Assembly: GCF_009914755.1 (NCBI RefSeq)
Contig: NC_060947.1
Direction: 5' to 3' (one strand)
Source of the DNA: the human T2T-CHM13v2.0 reference genome, Homo sapiens
Length of the DNA stretch: 64,000 nucleotides
Made by a program: the position numbers and the translations under genes. Under the pieces are notes generated by a model. It saw only the letters and a program-made list of their open reading frames with translations, did not search any database and was not told the origin of the DNA. This document shows, in pieces, positions 29,350-45,442 of the stretch; the first letter of the stretch is position 1, and every line of letters begins with the position of its first letter.

Positions 29350-29490
29350 CACATAATAATAGCTACCATTTATTGAACATATACCTTTTGTGGGGCTTCA
29401 CATACATTAGTTAATTTAAAATATTTAGTTATGGATATGTATTTTTGCTAACTATATTTTACAGATGAGGATATTTTGATTCAATGAGAT
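29350..29490 (-). mobile_element. MIR (followed by L2 fragments to ~29810)
   Basis: 'ataataatagctaccatttattgaac...tattttacagatgagga'. Confidence 0.7.
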
Positions 29491-30049
29491 TCATTTATTC
29501 GTTCCTTTATTCCTTTATTCATCCTATAGATAATAAGTGAACACCTACTATGTTAAATAAAATCCCTAATTTGCAATCTCTAATCTCCTGGGTTCCAGCA
29601 TCTGGTCTCTGCTTGAAATAATGCTTCCCCCATCTGGAGAACAGGTTTTGATTCTCATTGGTGCCCTCTATTTTCCTGTAGCAACATCTATCCAGAGAAC
29701 CAGACACAGAACTACTCAACATACCACGGGGTAGTAAGATGCAAAACATAATAACCTTAACTTGCACTATAACATTGTTATGGGGCAGGATGGGCAGAGA
29801 CCTTAATAACTGTAAGGGATATTACACTCTAGAACCAGAATATTTAACCTATACTTTATCTACTCAATATACATCACTGTACCTTCCCGTTCACCCTGCT
29901 GATATTCTTAAAGGCCATACTGGGCCCTTGTTTTGTTTTATTTTCTGAAACTATTTTACGGTATAATAGATATGAACTGTCAACAAGTTTTATAAGCTAT
30001 TGTGCCAAAACGATCCTGTCCGAAATTACAACCAATGTTTCCAGTTTCA

Positions 30050-30215
30050 TCTATTTGTGTCCCACTAGGTAAATCCCTTCTCTCCCTGGCATATTTGTTC
30101 TTCAAATACTTACAGACAGTTCTCATGTTCCTCATTAGGCATTACTTAGCCAAGTTGTATACAATTAATCCTTTTAATCTTTCCTCATAAATTAGTCTCT
30201 CTAGGCTCTTGGAAT
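30050..30215 (-). mobile_element. Ancient CR1/L3-type LINE relic (X7_LINE-like)
   Basis: 'ttcaaatacttacagacagttctcatgttcc...cttagccaagttgtatac...cttttaatctttcctcataaa' resembles the minus strand of the CR1 ORF2 3' region. Confidence 0.55.
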
Positions 30216-30664
30216 GCTCTCAGTACCGTGCACCACACTTCCCTAGTTTTCCTAGGCTTTTGTCATATGGTGCCTTGTTTTCCACATGCCATGTCAACAG
30301 AATCAAGTGGGAAAGAACTTTATCTGTTTCACATCTGCATATGGAACTCCACATTCACAGGTGACTTCTGCAAAGGCTGTAATCATTATTCCAAGGCAGC
30401 AAGACTGTCAGTAAAATAACAGAGCCTCACAGTCCTGTTTTTCACATTTACTTAGCCCTGCTTGTCTCACATTTTCTCTTTATCTCATTCCAGGCACTCC
30501 AGTAGATCATTGCTATAAGTAGCTTCTCATCACTATATATGTTTTAGGATATATTTTTCTAGGTGTGAGATAGCTTTGCTCAGCTACTTGTAGAGATGTT
30601 TCTTGCCCTTTCACAGTTTAGCCTTTTTTTTGTTTTGTTTTCCTTACCATACCTACTCTATTCA

Positions 30665-30855
30665 GTATGACTCTGGAGAGTGACACCAACTCTCCCATCT
30701 GCTACTTTGAGTTCTGTGACGTCGGTCAGGTTACTTAGCCTGTCTGTGTCTCAATTTCATCATCTGAAAAATAGGAATAATAATAATGCCAAACCTCATT
30801 GATATAGTCTAAAGATCAAATTAGCTAATATATTAAAGCACTCGAAACAGTGCTA
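30665..30855 (+). mobile_element. MIR
   Basis: 'ctgtgacgtcggtcaggttacttagcctgtctgtgtctcaatttcatcatctgaaaaatagg'. Confidence 0.8.
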
Positions 30856-32569
30856 TATATATTTTGCTTTATAAAACCACCTTATTGGTTATGAAAGCTA
30901 CTATAGACACACGGCATAATCCTCTATGTAAGCTATGACTTTTACTATAATTTTCTCTGAGGACCGAACAGGAGTAGATTTAATAGACACTATGGTCTAA
31001 TGGACACTCAAATCTGTTTTGAATATGACATGCCTATGTCTACAGTAGGCAATTTTCAAATTAAAATTGTAAGTTGGCCTATAAATCTGTCATTTTTCAA
31101 TTTATTTTTCATCTCACAAAACAACTATAATTGACCTAGACCTTTATACCAAAAGTGAATATTGGAAAAAAAGGAAGTGAATATGAATTTAGTAGTACAT
31201 CAGCAAATGCTGACTGCTAGGACCGCCAGTGGCAATTGGCTTACAGACTTAAGTTTAAAGAACTATTGTTTAATATTCCAAAAGACTAGGCTTAAAGAAT
31301 ATTTGATGCCCAACATGTATTTAAATAAATAGACTTCTGCCACTGAAAGGGACTGACTTCTTCATGTATACAGAAAGGGACAACTCATAGAATTCAAGCG
31401 ACTTTCTGAAAGTCACACAGTTAACTAATAATCAAGTCAGGAAGAAGTATAACCAAGGTTCTACTCTTTCCCAATGAGCTAATTTATCACATCTCTATCT
31501 TTAAATTCTAGTTGTTTACCTATGAATACATCCAAATAGCACCCATTATCTTGCTCTTGACTGTACACCTTTAGCTGGATTTATAGCCAAGCTCTTATCA
31601 GTTTTATATTTGGCACAAATCAATATCAGATAAGGTTTTTGTCTTCCCGCAGGTTTAATTTTTACGATGATTTGTGTTTTTCAGTTAGCGTTTTAAAAAT
31701 AAACCATAACCCAAATGGTGGGAATTTTCAGACACCAGTGCACGACAAAGGAGGAACTACTCATTAGCAAGTATCTGTGGTATACATCAAATGGAACCAC
31801 CAGGGGAGTCAAATGCTTCCCTAATCTCTACAGGTGGCCCCCAAAGCATGAGTCAATTTTGTTCAGCCACCATTAGTTAGTATATATTCTAATTGTCTTG
31901 CTAGTAATGATACAGATATATCTTTAATTAAGCTTCTAATGAATTAAAAAAAAGACATAGGTAAACCTGAACCTAATAGATAAAAAGTGTGTGCACAAAG
32001 GTTCTTATTGCAACTGAAGATAACTGGATGCTGTTATTTAGTGACCAACCCAGAAAACAGAATCAGATGCCTAAAAGTATAGTGATTTTAGATTAAATTG
32101 CAGTTTATGTCACAAATTAAAACTAAATCATTACTTTGATCCTAGTTTTCTTTTCACATGTTACAGAAGACCGTCTGTTCAAAAGGGTATTCTCTGAAAA
32201 CACTGAGCCTTTTCTTATTAACCTTGATCAGATTGAATGTATTTCTTGGTAATTCCCATTTAACTGGTATAAAATGTACTATCAGTGATTTAAAATAATT
32301 GTAACTACATTTCTCAAGATGCATTACATAAAGAAATACCAGATTGTCACTGCACTATCAAAGTTTAATTGATCTAATTTAGATCTCATCTTATCAAACT
32401 GTGCATTATAATTCTGTCTTTGACCAACTGATTACAATTTTTTCATTTGTATTTTTGAATGTTATTAACATATCAAAAGACTTCCAAAATCAAAGGGTTG
32501 TAGTTTTTGAAAAATTTCTCTCTTCTTCACTGATCAACTATTAAATTATTTACTAGTATGTGCTGCATG

Positions 32570-32743
32570 CAGGAGTGGATTTACCGTAAAGCTTAAACCT
32601 CAGGGCACCTCCCTTGCATAGGCCCCTCCTAAATATTCACATTCATTCCTAATTTTGCATTTGCGATCTTGTATTCTGTTTAAAAAGAGGGGCCCCCAAA
32701 GTGCATAAACCTCAGGTCCCCACAAAACCTGGATATTTACCTG
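32570..32743 (+). mobile_element. Non-autonomous hAT (Tip100-type, ORSL-like) element
   Basis: Termini CAGGAGTGGAT / GGATATTTACCTG; 'ttaccgtaaagcttaaacctcagggc'; 8-bp TSD gctgcatg / tctgcata. Family name from memory. Confidence 0.7.
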
Positions 32744-35436
32744 TCTGCATATCATCCAGAAATAGAACATTTTCTGAAGGAAAAGCTGTAGAAACTTAGG
32801 ACAACAAAAATCAAATAACTGAAACTCTATGGAAGTTTGGACCATAAAATGTCATTATATGATATTTATTTTTCTGCCTCATAATTAACACATCTCTAAA
32901 ACTAAGATTGCAGTTTCTACAAACTGGGAAATTGAAAAACTCCATCTATTTCAAAAACCCATTCAAATGCTTAATATGGGCAACTCTCATCAGTTATGAT
33001 ATTTTAAAACATCACTAGATGTATGTTATATCATCAACTGTCCTCCTAATTAGCAAAACATACTTTGATTAATTAGATTCCATTTGGATCCAGTGTTTCA
33101 GTGCACAATAACATTTCTCTTTGGATTCAGTGATTACATCTATTTTGCAATATATAACATCCTTTCCTCTGATGTTAAAAGTCTGAGCTGAAGGAAAAAA
33201 AAATTGATACTATTCATCTTTTCGACCTTTGCAATAAAATTTAGGCTCATGACCTCAGTAAACTTGTTTTCACCAGATATTGCTATTTGTTTTCAGAAAG
33301 TAATCTTCTGGAGTTGGAAGAACCTGATCTACAACTCATTCTCTTTTCTATTAAAGATCACTTAACTTGTCTATTGTTTTAATGTCAATTGGGGAATCAT
33401 TAAAACAATAAGAATTACCAATAATGCGACATCCCTACCCAATTTTCATACTCAGCTATATTTCAAAGGTTCTCTTAGAAATTGTATGTCTTGCCAGAGA
33501 CGGTTCTATTTCAGAATCACTTTTCCCTCTTCCCATTTGGATTATTTTTCTATGGTTGTCATTTCACTATTTAGAACATCCATAGTATTGTTGTGTAGGC
33601 ATGTTAACAAAAATATGTCTACAAAGTAGTAGAAATTCAGATAAGGCATTCACACAAAAAGGTAATTATAGGGAGCAATCCAATGGATACAAAGATCCCT
33701 GGATTGGGAATCAGAATATTGAACTTCTGGTCACACTTTCTCCACAAAAAAAGGCTCCAGAACTATGAGCTCAATTTTTCACTGCACAGAACCCCTAAGC
33801 TTCCACAGAACCAGTAACGAGCAGAGGTGAGTCCTAATGTTCTCCTAATTCATCTATTTTCCTCATTGAACTTTCATTATCTTTAAATATCATCTAAAGA
33901 AAGGACTGACACAAATGAAAAGGAAATAAAACAAGCCAACTTTAATTAAAAACTGTTCATGACCTCAAAGATCCTTTCTAACTCTAACATGCTAGGTTAC
34001 ACAAGTCTTAAAAAATGGATCATTTAATCTTCTCTCTGCTTTCTAAGGAATAAATGTGAGTGTACTTGCTTTGGACATTTGCATTATGATTTTTATGATG
34101 TTTTGGGGCTAGTGCCCTAATCACAAACCATAACCAAAATTCTGAGAATTTCAGGCACATTACAGGACAGAGGGAGAGACACACTCTCAAATGGTACCAC
34201 TTAATAGTACATCTCATAAGATTATATATTCCCTTAGCTTAGTGATGTTGAGGATAGCTGAAGAAGGCATGGATAAACAGTAAGAAAGATAAAGAGGAGG
34301 AAGAGTAGGAGAAAAAAATTGAAGAAGACATAAAAAGGGCAAATGCTAGCAATGCTTATATAAATACAGCAGTCAAGTAGAATATGTGTGCTTTAATGAC
34401 TTTTAAAGAATATAGTATTCATTGTACTTTTCAGTGAATAATAAAACCTCTCATATCTGAATATATCGTATACTTCAATTAATGGCACTTTTTATTCAAC
34501 AGCTTTAAGTATGACTTCAGTGCTCTTAGAGAAAAAACTGCTTGAAAGTTGAGGTTGTTCATTCATTTCTTTTCATCACAGAATTAGACAAAGTTTAAGT
34601 TTAAAAGCAGCAATATACCTTGAAGTGAACACCAGAAATGAGCTGAGTTACTTCTAGAGGTTTGAATCAGGCTTGTGAAGAACAGTAAAGTAGGTAACTT
34701 TGGTCTTTGAAGAGCTATTTTTCCTTTTTAAGTCCTCTTTCCCTATTTCTATGTCTCTCCCCTTACTTATCTTAGTAGGTAACACCTGTAATTTCACACA
34801 ATATTCTGATTTAATAGCAGAATTGTCAAGAACACAATCTTGAGACATGCCTTTGTCTCCCACTCCTGAGCAACACCAAAACTTATCTTCCCCTTAAGAT
34901 AGCTCTCAAATGAGAAATCTGAAAATGACCTGGATAAACTAATCAGGCAAAAATATGTCAATACAGGTAATTTTATTTTAGCATGGACCTCTTTGAACAA
35001 AAATGCCTTAACTCTATAGAAGGAATTTCAGCCACCAGAGTGCAGTAGGTGGGAGCAGTTTGGAGAGGAAAAAAAGAGAAAAATATTCACATATTAAAAG
35101 AGTAGGACATTCATGTGAAATCCTTCCTCTTTTGTAATATATATTAAGTGAGCCTGTTAAAAGAAGTAGAGAATATTATTAGGCAAGGCATAGACAGTAT
35201 CAGCTGACAAAGTTCAAGGGTTTGACTAGATGCTAAAATTTTTACAATATCTGGATGGATGATAGGTGCCAAAAGTCAGATTCAGGCCTAGAGTTTGACA
35301 ACTGGCTGGTTAGTACACTATGCAAGTTAATTGCATTTACTTGCAAGGAAATCAACTCTAGGTAGAAAGTTTAGGAACAGGCTAATTTGACCTTGATCTT
35401 TAGAAATGAATAGGTATCTCACAAATTATAAGAATA

Positions 35437-36621
<1,185 letters not shown>

Positions 36622-36695
36622 AAGAATATTAACAATTATAAAATCATCACATTCTGTGGAATCTTCCTCAGTAGATCCTAATTAAAATAGAAATG

Positions 36696-37008
36696 GGCTG
36701 GGTGTGGTGGCTTACACCTATAATCCCAGCACTTTGCAAGGCTGAGGTGGAAGGATCTCTTGGGTCCAGGAATTTGAGACTAGCCTGGGCAACACAGTGA
36801 GACCCCATCTCTACAAAAAATTTTTAAAAATTAGCCTGGTATCGTGGCACACACCTGTTGCTCTAGCTACTTGGGAAGCTGAAGTGGTAAGGTCACTTGA
36901 GCTTAGGAGGTCAAGGCTGCAATGAGCTACGATCACATCACTGCACTCCAGTCTGGGCGACAGATTGAGACCTTGGCTCCAAAAAATTAAAAAATAATAA
37001 TAAAAAAT
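36696..37008 (+). mobile_element. AluJ (Jo/Jr-like)
   Basis: 'gagactagcctgggcaacacagtgagacccc', 'ggaggtcaaggctgcaatgagc'; high divergence. Confidence 0.92.
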
Positions 37009-37330
37009 AAATGAATTTCGTAAGCCTGAGTATTATCAATAACCACAACAGAGACTATAAATTCCAGGTTGTGGCATATTGTCAACCTTGAAAACTTTCA
37101 CACGTCTATTAAATCCAAGTCCTTATACAAGGATACTCTATGAATGACAAATGAACCATCTGAAAGAATGGAAAGCTAACATACTACCAAATCTTCCATC
37201 CTGAGGAAAAATTTCAAATTTGTTAGAACATACAACAATTACATTTTCAATTATCTCAACAATAAATATTTGGAATTATGCCTGAGCACGGGGCAGAGAG
37301 GGTGCAACTGCACTAAGATCTCTCAGGAAG

Positions 37331-37684
37331 GGTATTAATCCATTCTCATACTGCTATGAAGAACTGCCTGGGACTGAGAAATTTATAAAGGAAAGAGGTA
37401 TGACTCACAGTTCCACATGGCTTGAGAGGCCTCACGAGACTTACAATCACAGCGGAAAGGGAAGCAGTCCTGTCTTACCTGGTGCCAGGCAAGAGAGCAA
37501 GTGTATGTAGAAAAAAACTGTCAAACACTTATAAAACCATCAGATCTTGTGAGAACTCACTCACTATCATGAGAACAGTATGGGGGAAACAGCCCCCATG
37601 ATCCAGTCACAGGTCTGTCTCTTGACACGTGGGGATTACCATTGAGATGAGACTTGGGTGGGGACATAGAGTCAAACCATATCA
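37331..37684 (-). mobile_element. THE1D/MST-type MaLR solo LTR
   Basis: 'gtattaatccattctc...ataaaaccatcagatcttgtgagaactcac...caaaccatatca'; TSD ggaag / ggaaa. Confidence 0.92.
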
Positions 37685-39210
37685 GGAAAGGAGGGGTGAA
37701 TCAGGCTCCATAGCGTTAGTATTCCATTTGTGGTTTGTTTTCTAATGGTTAGTTCTTCTTCCTGAAATATACCTTAAACTAATGATATATTCTATTTAAT
37801 TCCAAAAGCTATATATAGTGGTCTCTGCTTTTATTACTGGTTGAAAGCAAACTAGATTCTAGATTAAGATACAGTCCATTCCTGTGCATTTATGTATTAG
37901 GGAAGATGGAAACATGTTTATTTGTTTTTCCTTTACTGTTTAACACTTTACTACCTGTGGCTATAGACGATCTATATTAAATTCCAGGAAAATTGTGAAA
38001 TCTACATTCAGGATTCAGAAAACCCACATTTTAATTACTATGCCAGTTAGGCATAACACTTCCCATGGAAATTCTGCCCATCATTGTGACTTCAGTGCAG
38101 GTAGAAAATAATCTATTTCCAACAATTAAGACAGTGAATAATCGTCACCAGTCAGCCCCAGATTCTCTTCTACCAGCAAATACTTCATTTATTGCAAGGG
38201 TTTAAAGTACATCAGTGACTCATTCAGTTTAAGCCAAAAACACTTTCATCAATTAATTTTAATTTAATTTCAATTAAAAGGCCCCCTACATACACTTCAG
38301 TACACCACTTTTTCATCTACAAACACTAGAAACATATTCTCTTTTTTTTCTCTTGAAGAAGAGCAACCAGTTTCTACATTTGCACTCCTTATTTGGAGGT
38401 AGTTTGGGAAAAGCAAAATATTGAAAGAGTAATATTTAAAAACAGAAACAAAAAAATATTTAAACATTTCCAATCAATTTCTGGTGGTATAAACCAAGTT
38501 GAGAGGAGGTCTACTAAATAACCAAATCTGTTCACTTTTTACATATGTATTGAAGGATGAAGGGACTACATACAAATATATTACCCTATTAAAAGGTGTT
38601 ATTTTTATCCATATGTATGTATTTTATAAAGAATCAAGGCTGCTTACCAACTAAAAATATTTCCTTGACTTTAGTCAAAAAACCTGCAGCCTGTTTGAAT
38701 ACAGTGGTAACCTTAGACATGAGATATCTTAGATGGCTTGCCAAAGAAAGTATGTGAACCTTCCCAAGCATTTCTAGTGGGGAGAAAAGTCCTAGATACC
38801 TACTATGTCTTCTTTGTCAATGGCTGTAAAATTCCTAGTTGTCTTTTGCTGCTTACCGTCTTCTATGTAATCCCGTATCAGGTGGCTAAAGCCAAGCACT
38901 AATGAGACCAAGGTTGAAGTTCCATCCTCAAATGGGCCAATGATGTTTTCTCTGCTACACGGATACAGAAGAAAACCTAACTGCAACCAGCTGCTATAGA
39001 AATGTGTGCCACAGGTCAAAAACGAACTGGCAAGGCCATCTAAATTTCTAAACAACTCAAGGGACATGTCCTGCCGAATGTGGGTCAGTGAGGACATCTT
39101 CATTTCACTTCTAACCTTTTCATGCCCCCAAATGAACTAACTTCCCAAAAAGCCAGACAACTCAGAAAATTGAGACAAAAGAACTGATAGCAGATTTACT
39201 CATACAATTA

Positions 39211-39244
39211 TGTGTGTGTGTGTGCATGTGTGTGTGTGTGTGCA

Positions 39245-39277
<33 letters not shown>
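39211..39277. repeat. (TG)n microsatellite with CA/CG interruptions
   Basis: Seen directly. Confidence 0.97.
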
Positions 39278-39280
<3 letters not shown>

Positions 39281-40632
39281 GGGGGTTGGGGTAAGGAGAA
39301 TACATTTAAATAAGTAAATGAGGCTTATTACTGCCCAAGCACCATTTAATAGAAATACTCAAAAGGAGGGTATACACATCTGAATATTCTTTAAAAGCAG
39401 TGATAGATTTTAATTCCTCCCCAAAGTTTCCTGTTTAGTAGATGTTTATTTTATGCATATATTTCTGCTTCGAGAGGCCACAAACTGACTTCGATAAAAT
39501 GTGATTCTACACTCTATTTTAGAATAAGAACCTTGTTGCTTTTAGAAACAGTTTTTGGAATTATGTAAAATAAACATTAGCGTATATGAGTTATTAAATA
39601 TTTTAAGCATCCAACATGGTTTGAGCTTATCCAGCACAACATAAGTGTTTGAAGCTTATACAGTACGAGCAATAACAATATTGTTTCCCCTGTTAGCACA
39701 GAGTTGACAAGCTGTAGGCATCCATTATGAGTAAAACATATTAGTTAGAATTTACTACTAGGCTATAAGAGTTTACTATAAATCATTTTTAGAGACCCCA
39801 GCTGTTTTTATTATGCTACCTTTAAAAATAAATCATCAAGAAAATTTCTCAGGGATATATGATGGCACCAAATATCTGGCCAGGTTAAGTGAGAACGCAT
39901 TAATTCTTAATTCAAATAATGTAACACTCACAAGCATATTTCAGAAATTAGAGGTAATTAAAACTGGAGCACATTAGTATGTGCACTGTGAGTGAATGGG
40001 ATCATGGAACACGGCTCCTAGAAATTTTTTCTACTCATTTTGCATTAGCCACTAATTGCCACTAAACTATAGAATATATATCTTCTCTCAAATACGTAAT
40101 TTGGTGCATAGTCAAGTATGGTCAGTTTCATTAATTCAAAGGTGACTTTCTAAATCCAACTCCAATCCAAAAATTCCTTTTTATGTTTTTGTTATACTTA
40201 ATGAGAATTTTAAACTCCACCTTTTAATTTTTAGGTTAATTGTAACCCAGGGGACACTAGTTACCTTTTGACACTCCCCTAAATTACTTGTTAACTGGAA
40301 CACATACACTCAAATTGAAGTCAAGAGGGTCAGGAGGAAAAGTAGTAGCTTCAGGACAAGAGGAGCAGGAAAGGTTTCTAGCAAAGCCACTTAGCAAAAT
40401 CATTTAGCTAGAGGGCACTGTCCCAATTTTAAAGGCAAAGAAATTTCCTGACAATTTCTGCAATTTTTCCCAAAAGCAAAATATACTTTCTGCAATCAAG
40501 ATATTCTTTTTCTTGAGTAGACTCAGCTTCTCAGTAAAATAATGTAGGTAATTCCAGAAACAGGGCAAATCTAAACCTGTAATGGTTCCCCTTTGCCTTT
40601 AGGAGTCCGTTTAAATGATGCTGTTTCGAAGC

Positions 40633-40814
40633 ATTTTTTTTTTTTTTTTTTTTTTTGAGATGGGGTCTCACTATGTTTCCCTGACTGGAGTGCAGTGGTT
40701 ATTCATAGGTGTGACCATAGCTCACTGCAGCCTCGAACTCCTGGACTCAAGTGATTTTCCCTACCTCAGCCTTCCAAGTAGCTGTAACTACAGGCACAGG
40801 CCATCACACCTGGC
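40633..40814 (-). mobile_element. FAM (fossil Alu monomer)
   Basis: Single monomer retaining the 7SL-derived segment 'ggttattcataggtgtg' absent from dimeric Alus; T-tail; TSD ttcgaagcatttttt / ctccaagcaattttt. Confidence 0.85.
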
Positions 40815-40944
40815 CTCCAAGCAATTTTTAAAGGGAATCCTATTGTCTCATTATTCCTTGGTCTTATCTAAATTGACTAACAGAATCTGAATAGAATATA
40901 CAATGATGCAAATGGCTATAGGTGGCAGTATCAATCTACCACCA

Positions 40945-41180
40945 TAGAGACAGATTGATGGTTGCATAGTACTGGGCGGATGAGGGAGTAGAGAGGTGAT
41001 ATTTAAAGGGTACTGGGTGAAGGTTGTTAGTAAGACTATTAAAATGCTCTAAAACTGACTGTGGTGATGGTTGCCAGTATCTATGAACATACTAAAAACT
41101 ATTAAATGGGTAGTTCATTTAAATGAGTGAATTGTATGGTCTGCTGTGCTTTGTATGGTCTGCTATGGTCTGCTTTCATA
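40945..41180 (+). mobile_element. L1MB-like 3'UTR fragment
   Basis: 'aaaatgctctaaaactgactgtggtgatggttgc...atactaaaaactattaaat...tttaaatgagtgaattgtatggt'. Confidence 0.75.
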
Positions 41181-41199
41181 AAAAATGTAGGCAGAAATG

Positions 41200-41452
41200 C
41201 ATGTAGTAGTTAAAAGTTCAAGATGGTTACCTAGATTCTGAATTCTAGTTCTTGGAGTTTTACCCTCTGGAAACCTGGGCAAATTACTAAGTAACTTAGA
41301 TACCATTATTAAGCTTCAATTTTCACATCTGTAAAATGGAGGAAATAATAGTACCGATGTACATATAATTGTTGTGAACATTAAATATGATCATGCATAC
41401 AAAGCTGCCAAGTGCAATGCCTACAACACATAAGTGCTCAATGTTGGCTATT
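41200..41452 (+). mobile_element. MIR
   Basis: 'cttcaattttcacatctgtaaaatggaggaaataatagtacc...cataagtgctcaatgttggctatt'. Confidence 0.8.
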
Positions 41453-41459
41453 TTTCCTG

Positions 41460-42355
41460 TTTTTTAACAGCTTTATTGAGATATAATTCATATATCATAA
41501 AATTCACCCTTTTAAAGTGTACAATTCAGTGGTGTTTAGTATATTCCCAGAACTGTGCAACCATTACCACTAATTCCAAAACATTCCCATCACCACAAAA
41601 AGAAACCCTGTACTCATTGACAGTCACACCTATTTCCCTCTCCCCAACAGTGGCAACCAATAATCTACTTTCTATTTCTATGGATTTGGCTATCTTTGGC
41701 ATTTCATATAAATGGAATCAAACAATTATGTGGCCTTATGTGTGTGGTTTCTTTCACTTAGCATAATGTTTTCTAGGTTTATCCCTGTTATAGTACTTCA
41801 TTCCTTTTTATGGCTGAACGATATTTCATTGTATAGATATTTTGTGGATTTCCACTTCTTTGTTATTATGAATAAGCTACAATGAACACTTGAGTACAAG
41901 TTTTTGTGTGGACATAGATTTTCAATTGGGTATATACCTATGAATGGAATTGCTGGGCAATATAGAAACTATGTTTAACTTTTTGCTTGTGAGGCAATGA
42001 CAAACTTTTCCACAGTGACTACACTATTGTACATTTTCACAAGCAATGTATAAGTGTTTTAGTTTCTCAAAATACTTGGTATTGTCTTTATTTTTTATTA
42101 TAGCCATCCTCCTATGTGTGACATAGTATCTCTTCTTGGTTTAGATTTGCATTGCTCTGATGACTAATGATATTGAACCTCTTCTCATGCTCTTATTGGT
42201 CATTTGTGTGTTTTCTTTAGAGATCTTTTGCTCATTTTTAAATTGCCTCATTTCTTTTTTCATTATTGACTTGTAAGAATTCTTTATATATTCTGGATAT
42301 GACTCTCTTATATGGTTTGTAAATATTTTTTTCCATTCTATGGGTTGTCATTTTG
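41460..42355 (-). mobile_element. L1MB (L1MB5-7-like) 3' end
   Basis: 'acagctttattgagatataattca...aaattcacccttttaaagtgtacaattcagtgg'. Confidence 0.88.
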
Positions 42356-42541
42356 ATGTCTACCTCTTTACCTTCTTTATTTACTATTATTATTAATAAT
42401 AGAAAGTTTAAAAGTGCTCATCAGAACTATCAATGCTGTGACACCCTTATTCATGTTTTCTTGTAGTTTTTAAATGGTTCTGATGTAGGCAACATGGGCA
42501 GATTACTCTAGAACCCGACTGCTGGAGAACTATAGAATCTT

Positions 42542-44546
<2,005 letters not shown>

Positions 44547-45267
44547 TAAAAGTGACAGCAGAAACAATATCAAATGTCAGACAGAAAGCATGGTCCCATG
44601 GGGGCGTTTAATGTGCTGTTGGAAGTAATCAGTGAAGCAAACAAACCATACTTAGGACGACAGACCAAAATCACAGAAAATCGGGAAATCTCAAATGGAC
44701 AGGGCCAAATAGGAACAGTACCAAATGGCTCTTCGAATGGTTGTTTCTTGCATTGCCAGAAACGAGAACACATAATTAAACTGAATGCTGTCCTTTTCAA
44801 TTAACAAAGTAATTGGATGCACTGGAGAAATTTAATGTATTTGATTTTAATCGAAGACACTTTACACTGAGGAGAGTCACCAATACCTAAGGCACCAAAA
44901 CCTTGCTTACCCTCTTGTGGGAGAAAACTGAACTCCTATAATAGTGCCACACAACCAAATATCTAATAAAAGGAAATGACTAGATTTCCCAACCCCTTTA
45001 AAGACACAATAAGAGTAATGTGAAAAGGGTATTTAGTTCATATTGTGCATTAAGATTGATATTATAAAAATATTTTTAAAAATTTTAATCCAGTGGACAC
45101 ATCTCTCAAATAAAACAGATCATACAACCCCCAGTCTTCTGTCCAACAGCACTGAGTGTTTTTAAGAGAAGGACAAATGTTCCGGGCTTCGCCAACAGAA
45201 AACGGAAGTAGTGAAATTGTTGTTCCCTAAAGTACATTTTCCAAAAATGGCACAATTTTAATTAAAT

Positions 45268-45442
45268 TTTTATTTTTTCTTCGTTTGATTGAGGTATAAC
45301 TGAGAAATAAAAATTGTATACAAGGTATACAACGTGAATGCTTTGATGTACATATTGTGAAATGATTACCATAATCAAGCTCATTAAAACATCCATCACC
45401 TCACAAAGTTACCTTTTATTTGTAATTAAAACATTTTAAGAT
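45268..45442 (-). mobile_element. L1MA9-like 3' tip
   Basis: 'ttgaggtataactgagaaataaaaattgtata...attgtgaaatgattaccataatcaagc...catccatcacctcaca'. Confidence 0.8.
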
